Below, in pieces: positions 40,421-54,561 of a stretch of DNA of 64,000 bases. Positions within the stretch are counted from its first letter, which is position 1, and each line of letters begins with the position of its first letter. The stretch is from Bigelowiella natans CCMP2755 (Eukaryota > Protista > Cercozoa): positions 186,001 to 250,000 of the forward strand of contig ADNK01000140.1 in assembly GCA_000320545.1 (NCBI GenBank), written 5' to 3'. The notes under the pieces were generated by a model, which was not told the DNA's origin, did no database searches, and was given only the letters and a program-made list of their open reading frames with translations. The position numbers and the translations under genes were made by a program.

Positions 40421-42951
40421 ATGGAGGAACGACATCCTCGGAAGTCCGAGTCAACGAAGAAAAAAATGGCATGTCAGAACTGTAGAAAGGGTAAAGTAAA
40501 GTGTGAGGGTGGAATTCCTTGCAGCCGGTGCAAAAAAAAAAACATCGAATGTTCGTTAGAATTCCAGCGTCTGATTGAAGACCTCAACGAAGCGTTGAGC
40601 ATCGGAGAAGAAGAGAAGGTCAAAATGTTGGAGAACAAATGCAGGAACAAGGTCAAAATGTTAAAGGAAGGAAAGGTTGGGCAATGTGAGGAAGACCGCT
40701 TAGCACATCCGCAAAACAATTATTATCTGCAGTCCATTTTGGAAAAGGATCCGAAACCACATCATCTGCGACTTTGTCAATTTCTTGTCGAGGATCTCAA
40801 ATTTGACCCCGATATAAAGAACAAAGAAAAAAATCGAGGATTGGAGTACGCTATACTTTGTGGACAACTCGAGGTTGCCATATACTTTATCGAACGCGGA
40901 GTGAGTAAATGCGGTGCGTCGTATTTTAATTGCCAGAACAAAGATGGTGACACTCCTCTACATTTAGCGTGTCATTTTGGGTGTGTGGAGGTGTGCAAGA
41001 AATTGCTGGAGAATGACAGTGTCGATATCAAACTGAAAAATAATGAAGGGCAAACTGCACGGGCCCTATTGGAACCTTCCCACTCTTCTTCCGAAGCTAC
41101 AGGGGATGAAAGGAGGTCGATTCAGAAATTATTCGATGAGCGAATAAATCGAGACGCTTCCGACACTCTAATGAGCATCCGCAGCAATGAGAATCTAGAT
41201 GTGACTGTAAAACGCTTGAGTGAAAGACAATATAAAACACTCAACCGTCTCCCCAAGGAGAAGATTGTAGAATTTGTTCAAAAATTTCTAGAGCTGAAGC
41301 AAGTAGATATAGCCGCCACTACCCAGCTAAGACGCCATTTTCTTGCCAAAAAGTACAATATTTCTAATTATAATTTGAATCTCGCCCACATAAGAATCAA
41401 GCGCAGTAAAGGTGAAAACCCAGCCAAGCGTGGGCGACCGAAAAAAAAAAGGCATGGACAAGTCCCGCAGGAACTAGATTCCCGGCAAGAAGAAAAGAAA
41501 GGAAAAAAACAAAGAGTTACTAGTCCGCCTCGAAGCGACAACACAAATATCAGTTCATCAGCGCAGACTTCTCCACTAGGGCGAAATTCCCGTTTAGAGA
41601 TCAAATCTAGAGGGGGAGAAAGTGAGAGTTCAATACTCGAGAAAGATGGACCAGACTTTTTCGATAGTTTTGAAGAGAAAGAGGAGGCAGGAAGAGGAGG
41701 ATTCGCGGTCGTTTATAGAGTTTATAGAGACGGCAAGCTTTGGGGAGCATCCAAAGAGGAAACATACGACTATGGGAAACATCAATCGAAGGAGAAGTAC
41801 AGGAAAAGATGCATGCGCGAGATTGAATTCTCGAAGAAATTTCGTAACGATCAACATGTGTTGACAGCTCTTAAGTACTCTATCGATATGAATCAGAGGC
41901 CATTTCCTTTTAAGCGGTTTTTTGAGTATTGCAATGGGGGTTCCCTCGAAAATCTTTTAAATGATTGTAAAGAGCAGAATGAAGTACTGAAAGGAATCGA
42001 GAAAGGGATTCAAAATAGCCAACAGAAACAAGATATTCTTGAGGCAATGAAATTATATCCCTGGAAGAGGGACGTAGACACATATCCCCCACCACAACAG
42101 AGGGACGTAAACACATATACCCCAAAAGCAAAGTTGATATATGGTTTTCTCAAATTGCTATTACAAATGTACAGGTAATAATTATTCTTTCATGCTATTT
42201 GTTATTTCATCAATCAACTCATACCATTGTATTGATCAGCGTCGTCAAGAGATTGCACAGGGAAAACTACATTCACAGAGATGTTCTTCCAGGGAACATC
42301 TTGCTTCGTATGGAGGGTACCAAGATTATTTGGGTTCTGTCCGATTTGGCCCTTTGCATCGATTTGAATGAAACACCCGGCACTGGCGCATTCAACAATG
42401 GTCATTACTTCAAACCTCCCGACCAAACGTTCTGCAATACGATGCACTATGACTTACAGACATTTTCTGTTGTCATCAAACTAGTGTGCGAAGCCATCAT
42501 GACTGGACTTGACGAACAAAAAGATGCGAGTGTTTTCAAAGTATTGAATGAGAGGCTGCATGAATGCGACAATGTGAATAAAATAACCGATCAGATTTGT
42601 GGTGAATCAAAAGGCTTAAAGAAAAAAAAGAAGGAGTTGAATAAACTCATAGCGACGGTGAAACAGTGCCACACAGAAAAGAAAGAACTCGGAGCCGTGA
42701 AGGACATCAACTATCTCGACGCTTCGAATGCAGAAATTGATGCAGATTTGAAGAGAAGGACAGAAATCGCAGTTAGCTTAAGGGAGATAAATGATAAAAT
42801 TAAGAGATTTGAGCATCAGCTAAAAACTCTGGAAGAGGATATTAAATCTTTCGAAGAGAAAAAACGCACCCTCGAGAAAAGAATGGAAGCAGACTTCGAA
42901 ATGATGTTCAATGACAAATGGAAAAAGATCGCAGAATATTGGTGGAAATAA
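40421..42951 (+). CDS. Zn(II)2Cys6 + ankyrin repeats + AT-hook + protein-kinase-like domain + coiled coil; two exons, intron 42175-42239
   Basis: ACQNCRKGKVKCEGGIPCSRCKKKNIEC matches CX2CX6CX5CX2CX6C. GDTPLHLACHFG is ankyrin and KRGRPKK is an AT-hook. Kinase motifs are GRGGFAVVY, EYCNGGSL, IHRDVLPGNILL and LSDLALC. A 65-nt GT-AG intron joins ORFs 40370-42178 and 42199-42951 in frame. Start codon uncertain. Confidence 0.85.
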
Positions 42952-44270
42952 GTCATATATGCACCACATGGAACCATCAGATTGTCTTTGTTCTGCTCTA
43001 GCTCGAGTATCTATTAAAGTATGGCACACACTCTTCGCACAATTACAACGATGTCACGAAGAATATCAGGATATCAAATCAAAGACGGAAAAATCATTCG
43101 AAGAACACGTTGCTGTTTTGTGAAAGCAACGAATGTAGTCATAGAATTCAAATTTCCATGGCACTAAACGCATAATAGAATTCGGATGACAATGGACACA
43201 GTGCCATGTGACATTTGTGCTGCATGTTGTGCATGGTCCCAACACTAGAACAGTGACGTATCATGTGCATGAGCCGACATACACAATGTGCATGGAAGAC
43301 TGCAGACACAGTGCAATCATGATGCATCACACATATTTGCATGCGCGCGTGTCCATTCTCACACAAGTTCTCAATTCATTGATTGTGCCATTTGTCACAC
43401 GTACAGTCTAGCAGTGCACATCAGATTTGTCACACATCACTGCACGTGCATGTGTCCATTGTGAAGCTATGTGTGTGTGTGTGTGTGTTGGAAGCTGAGT
43501 TGAGTGCCAAGCCGCGCTGGTGATGAAATGGTTTGCTAGTGCACATTGCGTGAATGGAAATTTCCACTGCAATTACATCTCATGATCAAACGTATTGTTG
43601 ATGCTAGCGACTAGTGGCGTGCACAGATTTGTCAGTGAGTCATTCGCTTCGGCGTCCTACACGTTGCAGCTCAACCTGCCAGCATGTAAGCAATGACTTT
43701 TCACTCAGATGTCATGCAATCATGTGCTACTGTGCTGGCTGTGTGCTGCGCTACGTACTACTAGCGCACACAGCTGCAAGTAACATGCATGACCACTAGA
43801 CACTGCATGGATTGAACATGGATGTCAAATCATCATTCTGCCCATGCACTACAATCTGCAATGCATTTGATTCACTAGTGCTCACTCCAATGTGTGTATG
43901 AGTGCATGAGTGCAGTTTTTAGCTTGAAAGGCACCCAGCTGCATGGCGCTATCATTGTGCACACATATTAACACACTGCGCGTGCGCCTGCGAGTCCACC
44001 TGCTCTATGCTACACATAGAATGTGCATGCATATGAATATGTACATCCGTCTCATATGTACATGTACACATGTATATAATATATATATATATATATATAT
44101 AAATATATATAATATCTGCTTTGGCCAGCTACATTAGGATAACTATGATAGAATGTAATTTTTTCATTTATTACATCCGTCTCATATATTATATCTGGTA
44201 CATGATAATATTAAGACAACTTCATCTATTTTACCAATCCTATAATTATTTTAAGGACTGAACGTCATTA

Positions 44271-46653
44271 TCAGGTTTCCTGGTGGTGGAAATGCAAAAT
44301 TTCGCCAATCACTATGCCGTGCCGAATCTTCTTCCACAGGGGATCTTGCACTTGAACTTCGAAAGGACGGAAGCTGCCCACCTTCCGGCTATAATCCGAT
44401 GGAGATGTGCCAGATTCCTCATTACTAGCATCTCCAACCTTCATGGCCGCAACCATCGCAGCATAGTCAATGTAACCAATCCCCATGCCCCGACCGATAC
44501 AGTGTGAGTAAGCACCAAATGTTAGGACTCCGACAGTGGCATTATTGATCAACAGAATTGAAGCGGGGCTTGGTTTTCCTCTCTCCTTCATCTCCAAACG
44601 CACCAGTATCCGTCCATGAAGATCATCAACCTTACGGTCGCGGTAGAGCTGCTGTAGTGCTCCATCAAGCAATTTGGCATTGTTCATCGTCCTGATTGTC
44701 GTGCTGGTGCTCACCAAAGGAGCTGGACGGTAGGGGTCACCACCTCGTTGGAGAAAGCTCGTCGCAATCTGCGGTCGCTTGCCTTTTGGGCGCTTGTCGC
44801 GGTGTTCCATAGCTGCATGGGCCCTACGATCCCACTCAGCCTTGCCAGATAGTGCGACGTGTGGATATTCCTCGGGGAAGGTGGCGTAACCGCCTTCCGC
44901 ACGGAGGCCACGGCGCTCTTCCAGTCCGATGGCGTGCCCCCCTGCAAGGACTAGCCGCATCCACAGTGCCCTCGCACACGATCGCGGTGCGATGAGATCC
45001 CATCCCTCTTCAAAATGGGATGATAATGACGACGATGATGATGACGACGACGACGACGAAGGGGTAGAGGAAAAGAAGTGGTCACACCTCTTGTTTCTTC
45101 GAATGATAAGGAGGGGAGGCAGCAATCTAGGAGGACGGACCACTTTAGCGCTACGGTCATGTTTTTGGTCCTCTATCTCCATCTCTGTATCCAACGAAGA
45201 AGACGACGGGGGCAAATTGGAAGAAATTCTCCTTTCTTTCCTCTCCTTAGATGAAGACGATAAGACAGCAGCAGTAGAGGTTTGAGCAAAGACGCACGAG
45301 ATGCTACCCTCTGCTACGGGAGGTGGCCGCTGATTCTGCTGCCTCTTTTGCCCCTGTGGACTCTTGATATCGTCGATAGATGTCACCGATGATTGTGGTG
45401 AAGACGTCTTTATTAGTGGAGCAGATGATGTAGGATTCCATCCCGCAGCTTGCAGTGCTCTCACAACCACCGAAGAAGCCTGCTTACCTCGTACCTCATA
45501 TCTGGCAAGATCCAGCCGCACAAGCTTTACATTCACATCGTCGTTCTTATCATCATCGCTATTCTTCGTCCCCTCTCTTTGAAGTTTAGCTGCGGATGAT
45601 GCGGCATGTCTTTCCACTGCATCTAATAGCAGCTCCGTCGTTTCATCTACTGCTGCTGCGTGCACCCACAAATTCAACACGGTGGACAATGATGATGATG
45701 ATGATGATAATGCAGACTCCTTATTCCCACTTCTGGAAATCCATGAGAAGAATAGTGGCGTGATGTACCGAGATGGTTTGTCCTTGTGCACATCGTCGAG
45801 GATCATCCCCGACGATTCGGTTTCATTGCCATCAGAGCTGCAGGAAGGATACTGAAGAAAGCAAGCTCCCTCAGCTTCCCCAGGCTCGTACATCTATATA
45901 ATTTTGGATGTTCAACGTCAAATGGTATTTTCTACAATTTGGGATGGTGGGGAGACGTTGAAGAAGATAGGGGGGGGACCTTGAGGACAGGACTCATGCA
46001 GCCGCTTTCTTCCGAATTTGGAAGAAATGGATTCATGATCTTCAAAATACTGTCGCGATTACCGCGAAGCTGAATGCATCTATAGTAAGAACTATCATGT
46101 ATCGTAGCTTGATCCCTACGAGCTCGATATGCTGCACGAATTCCCTGCGATTAGGCGAGGAGAGATTATGAATGCTGACCCAATACTGCATGCAACAACT
46201 GTTATCTACCTGATCCCTGCGGGTGACACCGAGCAGGAAACCCCATCGCCATTCCATCCGCATTCGCTTCGCATGCCACACGTGAGTTGCCAATCGTCCA
46301 ACTTTTTCCTTCTTGGATGGTGCTTTACTCCCCGAACCTTCTCCCTGCTTGAGCTGCCGCCTCTTAGAGGGCAGTTTTCGTCGGCGCATATGTGACGTGG
46401 TCCTTCTTCGTAAGTGCCGCGGTAAGAACTTCTGAGCCTTCTCCCTTATTCTTGCACGTGTTGGCTCATCATCAAGATCCCCGTAGCCATTGGAGGTCCT
46501 CCTCGAGCCGGATAGTCCAATCGCACTTGCTAGCCCGCTGAGATGAGCCGCACGGGCAGCCGCAAATCGAACTACATCAAGTGTTTGCTCATCAAGGAGC
46601 CCACGAGATTGGTAATACTCGGGGGTGCGACGGCTTGCCCCTCCACCACTCAT
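44271..46653 (-). CDS. POP1: RNase P/MRP protein subunit Pop1
   Basis: LDVVRFAAARA, LPRHLRRRTTSH and RLATHVWHAKRM (POP1 N-domain); GWDLIAP...LWMRLV...GGHAIGLEE...FPEEYP (POPLD); GVLTFGAYSHCIGRGMGIGYI (C-domain). One intron near 46150-46209. Confidence 0.92.
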
Positions 46654-47032
46654 GTAAAGATGATGTGCACAAGTCCCCCTCCTCCCCTCCCCTCCTGGTT
46701 CGGTTGGAGAATCACTGATACTGAGTTTGATCGAAAAGCGAGACGCAAGCAAGAAATGGACTACGTTTCCTGTCGATAGCAAGTCGCTATTGAGAAATGG
46801 GATGCATTTCCTGTAAGTGGCGTCGATCTTCCTTGTCGCTTACAAATAATCAAAACCCGGCAAACAAATTCAGCAGTCAAATTGGGTGCGGGATGGGGAG
46901 CCCAGCCGTCCATTCGAGGGACGTGGGTTGGTCCTAGAAGCTGTGTTTGTGGAGTTTGAGACTCTGTACACACATAATTTGCTCGCTGATACAACAATCT
47001 CCAAGCTAAGGACGAAAGCAGGCTCCCGGGAA
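46654..47032. promoter_or_regulatory. Putative bidirectional promoter region
   Basis: About 380 bp between the divergent ATGs of POP1 (46653, minus) and the large + strand gene (47033). Positional inference only. Confidence 0.45.
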
Positions 47033-49856
47033 ATGAGCGCTGTTATGAATAGCGGAGACGGTGTACAGCCAAATTCCCTTGCCAACGGTACGCTGTGTGT
47101 TTATATCAAGTGAATGGATGATTAACACCTGAATCTGAAACCTATTCACAGATGACAGGAAAGCCCTAACTAAAGATGCAGCTGTCGCAGATTCGTCGTT
47201 AAATGGGGCCAGTGAGGCTGATGTAAAGAACGAAACAGATGAGCAAGCCCCTGGTAGTAAGGAGGAAGAGGAGGAGGAGAAGGAGGAGGGAAAGAGTAAA
47301 ATAAAGATTGAAGAAGCGGACGAAAAGGAGAACACTCGTCCTCGTCGTCAGCGTCGTTGCCCTCCTATTTTCATGAAAGAGCAGCAAGATGGCCTCCTCT
47401 CAGCACAGCAGAATCAAGAGAATCATTCGATCACGCCCACCCAGCCGCCAATACTGCCATCATCACAGCTACCGATTCAGACAATCATTCACCATAAGCG
47501 GTGCCAAATATGCTTATGGCAGAAAAAGGGGGGATGCGGCACATCCCAAGCGATTCCAAGATGTGAGCGCCATCCATCAAAGCATGGAGGCATTGAGCAA
47601 CCAGTGGTGCCGAAGCGCTCGTCCGGCGTTAAGACGAAGAGAAAACGATCAATGCCAACCCATCAGGGCAAAAGGAAAAGACGGCAGCAAAGTTTTCCTG
47701 AATACGATGGACCACAAATCTGCGAGTATTGCTCTAGAACGTACAGGGATATGCGCGCCTTGCGTACCCACTGGTTACTATTCCTCTTTAACATGATCAA
47801 ACCTGCTATTTATCATAACTCCTCGCTAAAACTATAAAAATTATTAACCTAAAACTATAAAAATTATTAACCTGCTGGCTGGTGTAGTTCCTCAAAGCTG
47901 ATATTTTTACAAACCCTCTTCTTCTTCCCCGCCTACTCCTTGCTCTGCTGCTGCTGCTGCTGCTGTGACACACAGGTATTCGTGTTCTCTTTCCCCTTTG
48001 TATCGAGGAAGTGGTGGCAGGGCAGGAGAACGTAGAAGAAAAAGAGGGGGAGGAGGAAACTATCAACCAAGTTCGAATGAAGGATCCTCGGGATATAGAT
48101 GCTACAGTTGCAGCAAATTTCATAAAGGTTACTGTGGAACAACAGGGGCGCATAAGGTGTGCGAGCGGAAGCCACCTGGTTGGGATGGAATTGTCACTGA
48201 ATCGCTGAGAACTACTCGCAGAAGACCTTCACGCTCGACAAATCGTAGCAGCAGCAACATAAAGAGTAGTAGTAGTAGTAGTGGTAGTCGGAGGAGGAGA
48301 ACTAACTATAAATTGATCCGCTACTACCATCATCCACAGTCCGAAAGGTCGTTTTTCGAGCAGCTGATAGCTACACTCAAGCCCATAGACAGGGAGCTGG
48401 CAAAGACTTTCTGGGGATTTGGGGTAGCGCTATGCGACGCAAAGCGTCAAACGCCCAAGGACCCGTGGGAACTGCTCACCGCGCCATTAAAGGAAATACA
48501 GCAAGTTTTAGGTGAAGTTGACGGTCTTCGCATCCACCGTGCAGCCGTGGCGTTCGCCTCAGGTGGGCCAAATGAGGCGCGTCTTCTTGCTGCCGTCAGG
48601 AGAGATCCTCAAAGTTTCACGCTGGGAAGGTTGAAGGAAGTGTACAACGTTCCTGTTCCAATGGCGCGCTGGATTCGGAGACTGTACCACATCTTACGGG
48701 TTGCAGGCTGCGGTGGTGACGATCCCATGATCTCCCAACGCACACCCACTCCTCCTTCTCCTACTCCTACTACTACTACTACTACTACTACTACTTGCAC
48801 AAAGGATGATGATGATGATGGGGAAACGAAGGTGACTACTTGTACACCGGTGGTGGCGACGACGATGAGCAAATACAGCAGCGGTATGGCGATGAGGTGG
48901 CGATGCTGCGGACGGCACCACGATGTTGCGGATGTCGTTGGGGGGGGCGACCGGGCGCTTCACGAGAATCTGGTCGCGATGAAGTGCGAAGATGTGAATG
49001 CCATAAAGGTGCTAAATAACAGCGACTCCGGGGAGTATGAGCGGTGCATGGTTTGCCAAGAGACTTACAATTTGTTCATCGAAACCCATTGTCCCTGGAC
49101 ACACGTCACGTTTGAAACAACCGATGATGCAGAGCTGGCAAGAAGGCGACGGGGGAAAACTACGCCGACGGAGATAACGACGAGAGGCAATACAGAAAAG
49201 TATAAGCAGTCATCGGCAGTCACCACGGTGATGGCGTCGAGATCAGCGAGCCCCCCCCCCTCAAGATCATCTCCTTCTCCATGCTACTACTACAAAGACC
49301 ATCACAAGCTGGAGCAGGTATCAACGAAGTTGAAATGCATAAAAGCTCTCCTGCTTGACATAGAAGCTGCAACTCCACAAGAAGCTGTGAAAGAAGAGCT
49401 TCGGGACAACAAGGAGGAGGAAGAGGAGAAGAAGAAGAAGAAGGGGGAAACAGCGAAAACTAAGTTATCTGTGAAGAAAGAAGGGGAAAGGCGGGGGGAA
49501 CACAAGAATTTGGATGACGACAATCTAAAACAGGAGAAGGAAGAGGAAAGGAAGGGAACAGAGGGAAACGACAACAACAATTCCAAGACTACCGATCAAG
49601 ATGAAAAGCAACTGGACGTCATGATGATGGTGGAGAAGAAGAACCAAGAGACTACTACTACCAAGAGTAATTCCTCCTCATCAGCATTGTCTTCTTCTTC
49701 TTCTTCTTCTTCTTCTTCTTCTTCCTCGGGTTGGTACTCAGCTGACGCACGAATGGAGTGGATTCACAAGGTCAAATTCGCAACATCTGTTAAGGAACTC
49801 GCACGGGCACTGCAGACTCTGGAGACGTGGTTTAAGGAAGAATGGCACCTAAACAA

Positions 49857-49888
<32 letters not shown>

Positions 49889-51389
49889 CTGCTACCAATA
49901 GTACCAGCACCAGCTCATTTGATCGGAAGGCATGGAAGGCCAATCTGGAGAAAATATTGAAAGAGAGAAAAGAAGAAAAAAAGAAGGAGGTTCAGGAGGA
50001 GGGGTTGGGGATGCAGCAAGAGCAGCGAGAAGGCCAACAGAAAGAGAAGATCTTGGAAAGCGGAGATGAAGATACGCAACATCACGACGATAATAATGAT
50101 AAGGACGATCATAGCGGCAAAGAAAAAGATGATGATAATGGTGATGACGATGAAGGACAGCAAGGAGAACAAGAGAAGAGAGCGGCTAGGGAGGAAGAGG
50201 AAGACAACTTGCTTGAAGCTCTTAAGCAGTTTGATAAAGGGATGGTCTTCATTCACGACGACAACGACGACGACGACGACTACAACAACGAAGATGATGC
50301 TGCTGCTACTACTACTGCGCCACCAGCAGCAGCACCAGCAGAAGTAGCATCAGCACCATCAGCAGCACCATCAGCAGCAGCATCATTACCGCCAACACCA
50401 CAAGTAGCAGCAATACAAGTAGCAGCAGCTCCAGCACCAGCACCAGAAGTACCAGTACTACCATGCGGCACTGCTGCTGCTAATGCTACTAGTGCAAATG
50501 GTGGTGGTTCTGATGGTAGTGATACTGATGATGATGGTGGCGGTGGCGGTGGTGGTGGTGGTGCTACTACTCCTACTGCTGACGATGCTGTTGATCCTGA
50601 TGATGATAGAAATAATGATGTGAAATCCACAGCAGCAGCACCTGATAAGCAGCTGGTGATGAAGGACGGCATCATGAAGAAGAAGCACAACGAAGAAAAA
50701 GAAACGCCGGCGGGGTCATCTGCAAAAGATGAGGAGCTGCAGATAGAAGAGGATGACGACGGCAGTGAGACCGAGGTCAGCAGTGAAACCGAAGAAGGCA
50801 ACGACGATGAAGACGAGAGTGACACCGCAAAAGGCGAAACCAAGAATCCTGCTCACGATGTTGTCATCCAAAGCGCCGAAGACACCAAACAGGCTGGTGG
50901 TGGTGATGATGATGGTGACGACGATGATGGTGATAACAGCAACAAGTCGCCGTCCGCCTCCTCCCTCCTCCCCCCTCTAAACCTCAAGAGAGTCAGAGAG
51001 GGCCAATGTGCCCGCAACCCTAACTGTAGATACGGATATCGTCACACGGGCTTCTGTGGGGGCTGGATCAAGACTCCGAGGAGGGGGAGGGGGAGGAGGA
51101 AGGAAGGGTCTTTGGGCAATGGCAAGAGCACAGCAGGAACTGGATCCAAGTCAACTTACAACCGAATGAAGCCAGGACAGTGCGCCAAGAATCCCTCATG
51201 CAAGTACGGATTCCGTCACGTCGGGTTCTGCGGGGGGTGGGGCACAAGGAGGAGAACAAAGAGGAGTAGCAGCAGTAGTAGTAACAGGAGGAAGATGCAG
51301 CAGAGCAAGAAGCACACCGACAGTATGATGGTGAGAAAGAGCAGGGTAGCAGCATCAGTAGCAGCATCAGCAGTAGCAGCAGCAATGAT

Positions 51390-51427
<38 letters not shown>

Positions 51428-52826
51428 CCGACATTGGGCGGATGCGTTCTAGTACGAGCAAGAAGACCAAAGACAATCCTCCGGGTCGTCGTCGTCGTCA
51501 TAGTCGTCGTCTTTTCGAGCATAAAGGGTGTCCATACTCATCCAAGTGTCCTCGCCCGCCTGGGCACCATGGCTTGTGTGGACCACTTAGGCGAATTTGG
51601 TACAATGAGCTCACGCCGGCTGCTTCTTCTTCAGCCTCCTCTTCGTTGTTGTCCTCCTTGGTCTCCTTCTCCTCCTCCTCCTCCTCCGCCTCTAATTCTT
51701 CGTCGGCTATCGTACTCCCTGAATGCAAGATATGCAGCACTGGAGAGGTCCCCGAGAAGGAAGTGATCGATTCCCTTGAGATCTACGCTTTCACGTCTCG
51801 CCCTGAAGAATGCAAGTGCCTACCAACGATCTCCCTACCTGTCGAATGGTCTCTAGCAACAGCGCAAATCATACAGAGCCAGCAGCAGCAGCAGCAGCCG
51901 CTACTGCTGCGTCCTGTCTGGAGTGAGTATGGAAAAGGGGAGGGAGGATGGAGAGAGCTGCCCCTGCACAGTAGTAGTAGTGCCAATCAATCTTCAACGG
52001 TGAGAGATACAAAACACATGATGGATATTCTTCCTGCTGCTAGCACAACACACGCACACACGCACACACGCACAGCGTGTCTGGACATCATATACAGCAT
52101 ATACTATTTAAAGATAAAGCCTGAATTGAGATTTGATAGATGTGTTTTTGTTGGTGATAACCCCTTCTCTCTGTGCGTAGGATAAATTGGCAGAGGAAAT
52201 GGAGAAGAAGAAGAAGAAAGGCACGACACAAGAAGAGATTGAAGAAGAAGAAGAAGAACGCCGAAGATGGAGGAAAAGGAAAAAAGCCAAAGACGAATAC
52301 CAGTACTACTCCAATGGCAGAGGGGAGGGGGGGCAAGCACCAAAGCAACGAACGAAGCGACGTGTGTACACTAGTGCTAGCCTGGGAGTACAAGGAGAGA
52401 GACCGCCTCATCTCAACGACGAAACCAATGAAGCAGATATGACTGAGAACGAAATCATATCGAGGAAGCTCTTCCTGTACATGAGAAAACTGGGACTATC
52501 ACAGATGAAAGTATCAGGGTAAGAGCAGTGTTACTACTACTACTACAACTACTACTACTACTACTACTACTACTTATACTACTAGCTCTAACACTGACCT
52601 ATAACCACTAATACTGCAGGTGTGTTAATAACTTCTGCTCTCACTTATTGTTCCCAACATTGATCTCATCATCATCCTTCTTACTTGTCACACGGTTAGG
52701 CAAACAGGAGTCCCTCGGTGGGCTATTAGCATGTTCATCAACCATCCAAACTCACCAAAACTGCGAAAGCGCTCAGATATTTCCTCACGAATCTCGATTT
52801 TTCTAACGGCCATGGCCGATGATTAA
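47033..52826 (+). CDS. Large low-complexity nuclear/chromatin-type protein (C2H2-like finger, repeated Cys/His motifs, WHIM3-like segment, C-terminal HTH-like segment), multi-exon
   Basis: ORFs 47373-47837, 47965-52185 and 52187-52522 linked by introns. Motifs: CEYCSRTYRDMRALRTH, EWIHKVKFATSVKELARALQTLETWFKEEW (WHIM3/WSD-like), and LGLSQMKVSG/QTGVPRWAISMFIN (HTH-like). Last exon ends TAA at 52826. Confidence 0.7.
47826..47871 (+). repeat. Perfect 23-bp tandem duplication in an intron
   Basis: CTAAAACTATAAAAATTATTAAC twice. Confidence 0.9.
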
Positions 52827-53964
52827 ACGCCGACGTAAGCACATGTCATAGCAAGCTAAAATGAGGGTGACAGCAGCTTTGAGAAAGAAGGATGGGTGGG
52901 GAAATATAGTCTTGTATCCTTATGCTTCGCTATATAGCTCGAGGAGGATGAGGTAGGTGTCAAATTCAGACCGACCAGAGCCTTGCTATTATTCGCAGCG
53001 GCGTTTTATTATTGTGGTTCATCGAGGTTCAGGCGGGTTTCCTCTTCATAAACGTGGAATAGAAAACTACATAGCAGCGAGTGTGTGCATGCCAGCGCTG
53101 ATGCAGCATAAAGTCATTTACTTATAGACATGATATACATATAGTATACCCAAAATTTTGTTAGGGCATGATCCTTGGAAGATTAACATTTCGGCCTTCT
53201 AATTACAACCACCCACAGCATCGCCCATCATTGTTCGTTCGCTCATGTTTTGCATCGTTGCTGCATCTAGAGCATGCTAGCATGCATGCACGCAGAACTC
53301 GCTTCGCCCGATCAATTCACATTTGCTGGGACATCGAGTTGAGGACTGCTAGACTGGTTGTAGTGGAGCGGCGTATGTAATCTATCGTCATGCATGCACG
53401 TCACATCTTGACGAATAGATATATGCGAATCTACAAGGAGATAGCTACACAGTCCTATCATAGAGCCACACATCTAAACATTCACGTGCAATTTTACTGT
53501 GACAATGGTAATGCTGGAGTTGTACTTTTGCATCAGCCATACTAGCATGAATGCTGCAGTAGCCGATTATAGCTATGCGATGCATGAAAAGTAACAGAGT
53601 AGTGTACAACAGTAGTTCGTAGATATGACATACACGATGGCCGCTGCTTTCCGGCCATAGCTACATTAAGATGACCATTGAAGTTTTTTAAATTCATTAC
53701 ATCCATGTCGTATGATCCTAGCGCTACATTAACGATGGCGTCTAGCATTGGATGTATATATGATGTAGCATAGTGCTTAGCCTGCATGCTCAATTGCATC
53801 TTCAAAATAGGAGACCCGTGCAAGCGGTTCCTTTATTATGAAAGTTCCATCCACCCGGTGTGATGTAATAATGCTCTGCTAACGAAGCATAGTGGGCTTG
53901 GACCTAAGAAGATACAGTATGTGAGCAGCAGAGCCATGACAGTCAACCAAAGAGAGATGCATTA

Positions 53965-54508
53965 TCAACACACTTCTCCAACGAAGACAAAAGTACGTAC
54001 GTTTTTGAGGACTTCGACCCATCTATCCCGGGCCTTTTCCTGAGCAGCGAGCATTTATTGTTGGGATGTATTCATTGTTTTGATATGTCATATCATTGCG
54101 TCTGTGATGGCAGTAATAGCAGCAGCTGAACTATATAGCATCACTAGATCATAGTACCACGTACGGAAGATGGCAATACTGCATATTATATATTGCAAAA
54201 TCCTGCATTTTGCTATGATAGATACCCACAGTAGTATTTATCACCCTCTCTTGCTTGTGCTCGGGTCCTTGGTTCAAAGGTGACGGCTCTCCATTGAGGC
54301 GTCGGATGCTATTGTCGGCCTACATGATAATAAAAGAAGGTACATGCTCAATGTACTCTTACTACCCCTTCCACGAAGAAGGGGGAAGAAGATAGATAGA
54401 GTTTGATAACACTGAAGAACAAAACAGTGCTAGTGCTGACCGGGAAAAGACTTAAATTGGTCATGAGATTTCCACTAGCACGAACATCTGTAATATCGAT
54501 TAATGTAT

Positions 54509-54561
<53 letters not shown>

